From contig OZ251539.1 of the NCBI GenBank assembly GCA_965243135.1, positions 4,672,001 through 4,736,000 on the forward strand: DNA of 64,000 bases. The letters are read 5' to 3'. A program made the position numbers and the translations under genes. This stretch comes from Alphaproteobacteria bacterium. Lineage in GTDB: Bacteria > Pseudomonadota > Alphaproteobacteria > MPNO01 > UBA830. A model generated the notes under the pieces. That model worked only from the letters and a program-made list of their open reading frames with translations. It was not told the DNA's origin and made no database searches. Below are positions 60,547 through 64,000 of the stretch, piece after piece. Every line of letters starts with the position of its first letter. Position 1 is the stretch's first letter.

Positions 60547-61668
60547 ATGGCGAAGCAGGACTATTACGAGACCCTAGGGATCGGTCGCGACGCCGATGAC
60601 GCGGCGCTGAAGAGCGCCTACCGCAAGCTCGCGATGAAATACCATCCGGACCGCAATCCGGGCGACGCGGCGGCGGAAGCGAAGTTCAAGGAAGTCAACG
60701 AAGCCTACGACGTTCTCAAGGATCAGGAGAAGCGGTCGGCCTACGACCAGTTCGGCCATGCGGCCTTCGAGGGCGGCGCGGGCGGCGGCTTCGACGTCCG
60801 TTCGGGATTCGCCGATATCTTCGACGAGATGTTCGGCGACTTCATGGGCGGGTCCCGGGGACAGCGCCGCTCCGGGCGCGGCGGCGACCTTCGTTACAAC
60901 CTGCAAATCAGCCTGGAACAGGCCTTCGCCGGAAAGGAGGCCCAGATCCGGATTCCGGCGATGGTCGCCTGCGACGACTGCGACGGATCGGGCGCGGCGC
61001 CGGGCTCGCGTCCTTCCACGTGCGGGACTTGCGGCGGACGGGGCAACGTGCGGGCGCAACAAGGCTTTTTCGCGATCGAGCGCACGTGTCCGGCCTGCAA
61101 CGGCGCCGGGCGCGTCATTGACAACCCTTGCCGGAGCTGCCGCGGCACCGGGCGCACCCGCAGGGAAAGAACCCTGAAAGTAAACGTTCCGGCGGGCGTC
61201 GAAGACGGCACCCGCATCCGCCTCGCCGGGGAGGGAGAAGCCGGCTCCCAGGGAGGGGCGGCGGGCGATCTCTACATTTTCGTGGCCATTGCGCGCCACC
61301 GTTTGTTCCAGCGCGACGGCGCCGACCTCCATGTCAAGGTTCCGATCCCGATGACGACGGCGGCGCTGGGCGGCTCGATCGAGGTGCCCTCGATCGAGGG
61401 CAAGCGCGCCAGGGTCACGGTTCCGAAAGGCGCCCAGACAGGGCACCAGTTCCGGTTGCGCGGCAAGGGAATGTCCGTGTTGCGGAGCCACGCCCGCGGC
61501 GACATGTACGTCGATATCATGGTCGAAACTCCGGTCAACCTGTCGAAACGGCAGGAGGAACTGCTTCGCAGCTTCGCGGAGGAAAAGCCGGACGGCGACA
61601 CAACCAATCCGGAGTCCGAGGGCTTCTTCTCGCGCATGAAGGAGTTGTGGGACGATCTGACGGACTGA
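60547..61668 (+). CDS. dnaJ: Chaperone DnaJ
   Basis: J-domain HPD, G/F region, four CxxCxGxG repeats. Confidence 0.98.
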   Translation: MAKQDYYETLGIGRDADDAALKSAYRKLAMKYHPDRNPGDAAAEAKFKEVNEAYDVLKDQEKRSAYDQFGHAAFEGGAGGGFDVRSGFADIFDEMFGDFMGGSRGQRRSGRGGDLRYNLQISLEQAFAGKEAQIRIPAMVACDDCDGSGAAPGSRPSTCGTCGGRGNVRAQQGFFAIERTCPACNGAGRVIDNPCRSCRGTGRTRRERTLKVNVPAGVEDGTRIRLAGEGEAGSQGGAAGDLYIFVAIARHRLFQRDGADLHVKVPIPMTTAALGGSIEVPSIEGKRARVTVPKGAQTGHQFRLRGKGMSVLRSHARGDMYVDIMVETPVNLSKRQEELLRSFAEEKPDGDTTNPESEGFFSRMKELWDDLTD

Positions 61669-61713
61669 CGCGGCAACGCCGGCCCGCGCTCCGCGGCAAC
61701 GCGAGGAAACATC

Positions 61714-62514
61714 ATGAAGATCGGAATCATCGGAGCCGGCGGCCGCATGGGCCAGGCCTGCATCAGGCAGATAACGGAGACGCCGGGCTGCGCGGTTTCC
61801 GCGGCCTGCGACTCGCCGGAGGCGCCGGCGGTCGGACGCGACGCCGGCGAGGCGGCCGGCGTCGGGGCGCTCGGGCTGGAAGTCGGCGGAGACGCGGCCG
61901 CCGTCTTCGCCGCGTCGGAGGCGGTGATCGAGTTCACGCTCCCCGGGCCGACGGTCGCGCATGCCGCGCTCGCCGCGGAGACCGGCGTGCCCCATATCGT
62001 CGGAACGACCGGGCTGGACGCGGCGCAGGAAGAAATGCTGCGCGCGGCGGGCGAGAGCACGGTGGTGATGCACGCGCCCAACATGAGCCTCGCCGTCAAT
62101 CTTCTGTTCGCCCTCACGCGCCAGGTCGCGGCCAAGCTCGACGATTCCTTCGATATCGAGATCGTGGAGATGCACCACAGGCACAAGGTCGATGCGCCGT
62201 CCGGCACGGCGGTCGGGCTGGGCCGCGCCGCGGCGGCAGGCCGTTGCGTCCGCCTGGAAGACGTCGCGCAATGGACGCGCCGCGGCCACACGGGCGAGCG
62301 GCGGCGCGGCGACATCGGTTTCGCAGCGCTTCGCGGCGGCAACGTGGTCGGCGAACACTCGGCGATCTTCGCGGTGGACGACGAACGGCTGGAATTGACC
62401 CACAAGGCGCAGTCGCGGCAAATATTCGCGCGGGGGGCCGTGCACGCGGCGCTCTGGTCGAAGGAGCGGCCGCCCGGCTTCTATACGATGTTCGACGTGC
62501 TCGATATCGACTGA
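61714..62514 (+). CDS. dapB: 4-hydroxy-tetrahydrodipicolinate reductase
   Basis: GAGGRMG, VGTTG, EMHHRHKVDAPSGTA. Confidence 0.97.
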   Translation: MKIGIIGAGGRMGQACIRQITETPGCAVSAACDSPEAPAVGRDAGEAAGVGALGLEVGGDAAAVFAASEAVIEFTLPGPTVAHAALAAETGVPHIVGTTGLDAAQEEMLRAAGESTVVMHAPNMSLAVNLLFALTRQVAAKLDDSFDIEIVEMHHRHKVDAPSGTAVGLGRAAAAGRCVRLEDVAQWTRRGHTGERRRGDIGFAALRGGNVVGEHSAIFAVDDERLELTHKAQSRQIFARGAVHAALWSKERPPGFYTMFDVLDID

Positions 62515-63383
62515 GGCGCGAGCGCGCTTTCGCGCGCCTGTTCCCATCCGATCATGGCGAGTTTGCGAGCCGCGCCCCAGCGGTAGTTCGTCCTGAACGG
62601 AACTTCCGCGCGGATGACCCGATGGCACGGTATCAGCGCCGCGACGGGATTGGCTCCGACGGCCGCGCCGACGGCGCGAGCGGCCGTCGGCGCGCCGATC
62701 CCGCGGGCGATGTCGCCGTAGGTGACCAGCGCGCCCGGCGGGACGGACAAAAGAGCCGCCCAGACCCTGATCTGAAAGTTCGTGCCCTTGCACCACAGCC
62801 GCAACGTCCGGTCCGGCTCGCAGCGGCCTGGCTCGATTATGGATCGGCACAGCTCGCCGGTTGCGTCCTGCGCGGCCTCGAACCGCGCGGCGGGAAAGTC
62901 GCCGCGAATCCGCGCCAGCGGCGCTTCCGGTCCCTCGGGACCGAAGAACTGCAATCCGCAAATGCCGCGGTCGGTCGCGGCGACGACGAATTCGCCGAAC
63001 AGTCCCGCGTGCACGCCGTAGCGCACCTGAAGTCCTTCTCCCATCGCCCTGTATTCTCCCGGCGTGACGCCTTCGAAGTTGACGAACAGGTCGTGCAGGC
63101 GCGACGGGCCGGACAGTCCGGCGTCGCAGGAAGCCTCGAACGCGCTTCCGGCGCGGTCGAGGACCGTCTTGGCGTGCGAGAGCGTCAGATAACCGAGAAA
63201 CTGTTTGGGACTCACTCCGGCCCACCGCGTGAACAGGCGCTGGAAGTGATAAGGACTCAAGGCCGCCGCGTCCGCGGCCTGGTCCAGCGACGGTTGTTGG
63301 CGGAAGTTTTCGCGGAGGTAGCCGAGGGCGCGTTCGACCCGCGCATAATCCAACGCCAGCTGCGTTCCGGTCTTTTTCGGCAT
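62481..63383 (-). CDS. Bifunctional AraC-HTH / methylated-DNA-protein-cysteine methyltransferase (Ada-like)
   Basis: LSPYHFQRLFTRWAGVSPK, GTNFQIRVW, RAVGAAVGANP, IPCHRV. Confidence 0.93.
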   Translation of the reverse strand: MPKKTGTQLALDYARVERALGYLRENFRQQPSLDQAADAAALSPYHFQRLFTRWAGVSPKQFLGYLTLSHAKTVLDRAGSAFEASCDAGLSGPSRLHDLFVNFEGVTPGEYRAMGEGLQVRYGVHAGLFGEFVVAATDRGICGLQFFGPEGPEAPLARIRGDFPAARFEAAQDATGELCRSIIEPGRCEPDRTLRLWCKGTNFQIRVWAALLSVPPGALVTYGDIARGIGAPTAARAVGAAVGANPVAALIPCHRVIRAEVPFRTNYRWGAARKLAMIGWEQARESALAPQSISSTSNIV

Positions 63384-63487
63384 TTTCGACGTCCCTGAAT
63401 TTTTTCGCGCGGCCGCAGGAACGGCGAGAATAGGCTCCGGTTTCCCTGCGCCTATCCGAAACTTGCTCGATTTCGGGATTCCGGGGC

Positions 63488-63994
63488 TTAGCGAAGATGG
63501 ACGGGCAGGCGGCACCGCGCGAGCGCTTCCTTGAGCGCCCGGGCGAGGTCGGTTCTCTCGTCGGGCGTCAGGAAGGCGCCGATCGTCAGGCTGCGCCCGT
63601 GGCTGGACAGCACGAGGCTGCCGTCGTTCGGCGCGTCGATCCGCAGCCAGCCGGGCTGGAACCGCCAGCGCTCGACCTTTCCGGCGGGGTCGACGCGCTC
63701 GACCACCAGCGCGTCTTCCGTCAATCGCAAGGTTTCGCGCGTGCGCGCCCATCGGTAATTGGCGCGAAACGCGACGTATATCAGCGCGGCGTCGAGGCCG
63801 AAGAAACCCGTGACGGGCCAGGCGCCGGCGACCAGGAATACGGCGCCGCCGACGAAGCACACGGCGCAGACCGCGGACATGAGCAACAGGAAGCCTTGCC
63901 GGCCGAGGCTCGTATGAGGCTGCAGGACGGCGTCGAAGAGACAGGCGGCGCTTCGCGGCGCGGCGTCGCTTGCCGATGAGCGGCTCTCTTGCAT
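63488..63994 (-). CDS. DUF2244-family integral membrane protein
   Basis: LQPHTSL...GF, GAWPVTGFFGLD, IGAFLTPDER; start may lie beyond the window edge. Confidence 0.85.
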   Translation of the reverse strand: MQESRSSASDAAPRSAACLFDAVLQPHTSLGRQGFLLLMSAVCAVCFVGGAVFLVAGAWPVTGFFGLDAALIYVAFRANYRWARTRETLRLTEDALVVERVDPAGKVERWRFQPGWLRIDAPNDGSLVLSSHGRSLTIGAFLTPDERTDLARALKEALARCRLPVHLR

Positions 63995-64000
63995 GCGTCG

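Noticed and set aside
1-64000. CRISPR array, tRNA, rRNA or other regularly spaced repeat array
   Set aside because: None was noticed by eye in the intergenic regions; a short or degenerate array or small RNA could still be missed without computation

Overview
High-GC alphaproteobacterial (Rhodospirillales-like by gene order) chromosomal window. The core backbone is intact: TRAP transporter, bfr, hisB-H-A-F-E, hslVU, a PaoABC-like molybdoenzyme, lutABC, gshB, rsmI, hemW-rdgB-rph, hrcA-grpE-dnaK-dnaJ-dapB and ada. Four accessory segments interrupt it. (1) An AT-richer island at about 2.55-6.7 kb encodes a large protein with a GrpE-like C-terminal beta-domain and an Hsp70-type ATPase domain that lacks any substrate-binding domain, separated by an IS110 relic; this is the best candidate for an undescribed system. 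(2) At about 10-16 kb, AlbA_2/HATPase, dual-OB and two DUF488 genes are followed by a Thoeris-like TIR + stand-alone SLOG + ThsB-like TIR operon with no SIR2 or Macro effector. (3) At about 36.9-41.2 kb lies a decaying segment with an ABC-ATPase/DUF4276 pair, a duplicated rsmI 3' end and a type ISP R-M fragment. (4) About 10 kb between rph and hrcA holds a decayed IS, a Yhh-type triceptide RiPP cluster (rSAM, precursor ending YNRTYHRHNR, 2OG-Fe oxygenase, HExxH protein) that converges on a Septu-like ATPase+HNH pair, and an intact IS with 15-bp TIRs and a 5-bp TSD. hisE is an internally duplicated two-domain gene. All family assignments come from motif recognition by eye, not from database searches. 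No rRNA, tRNA or CRISPR array was seen.
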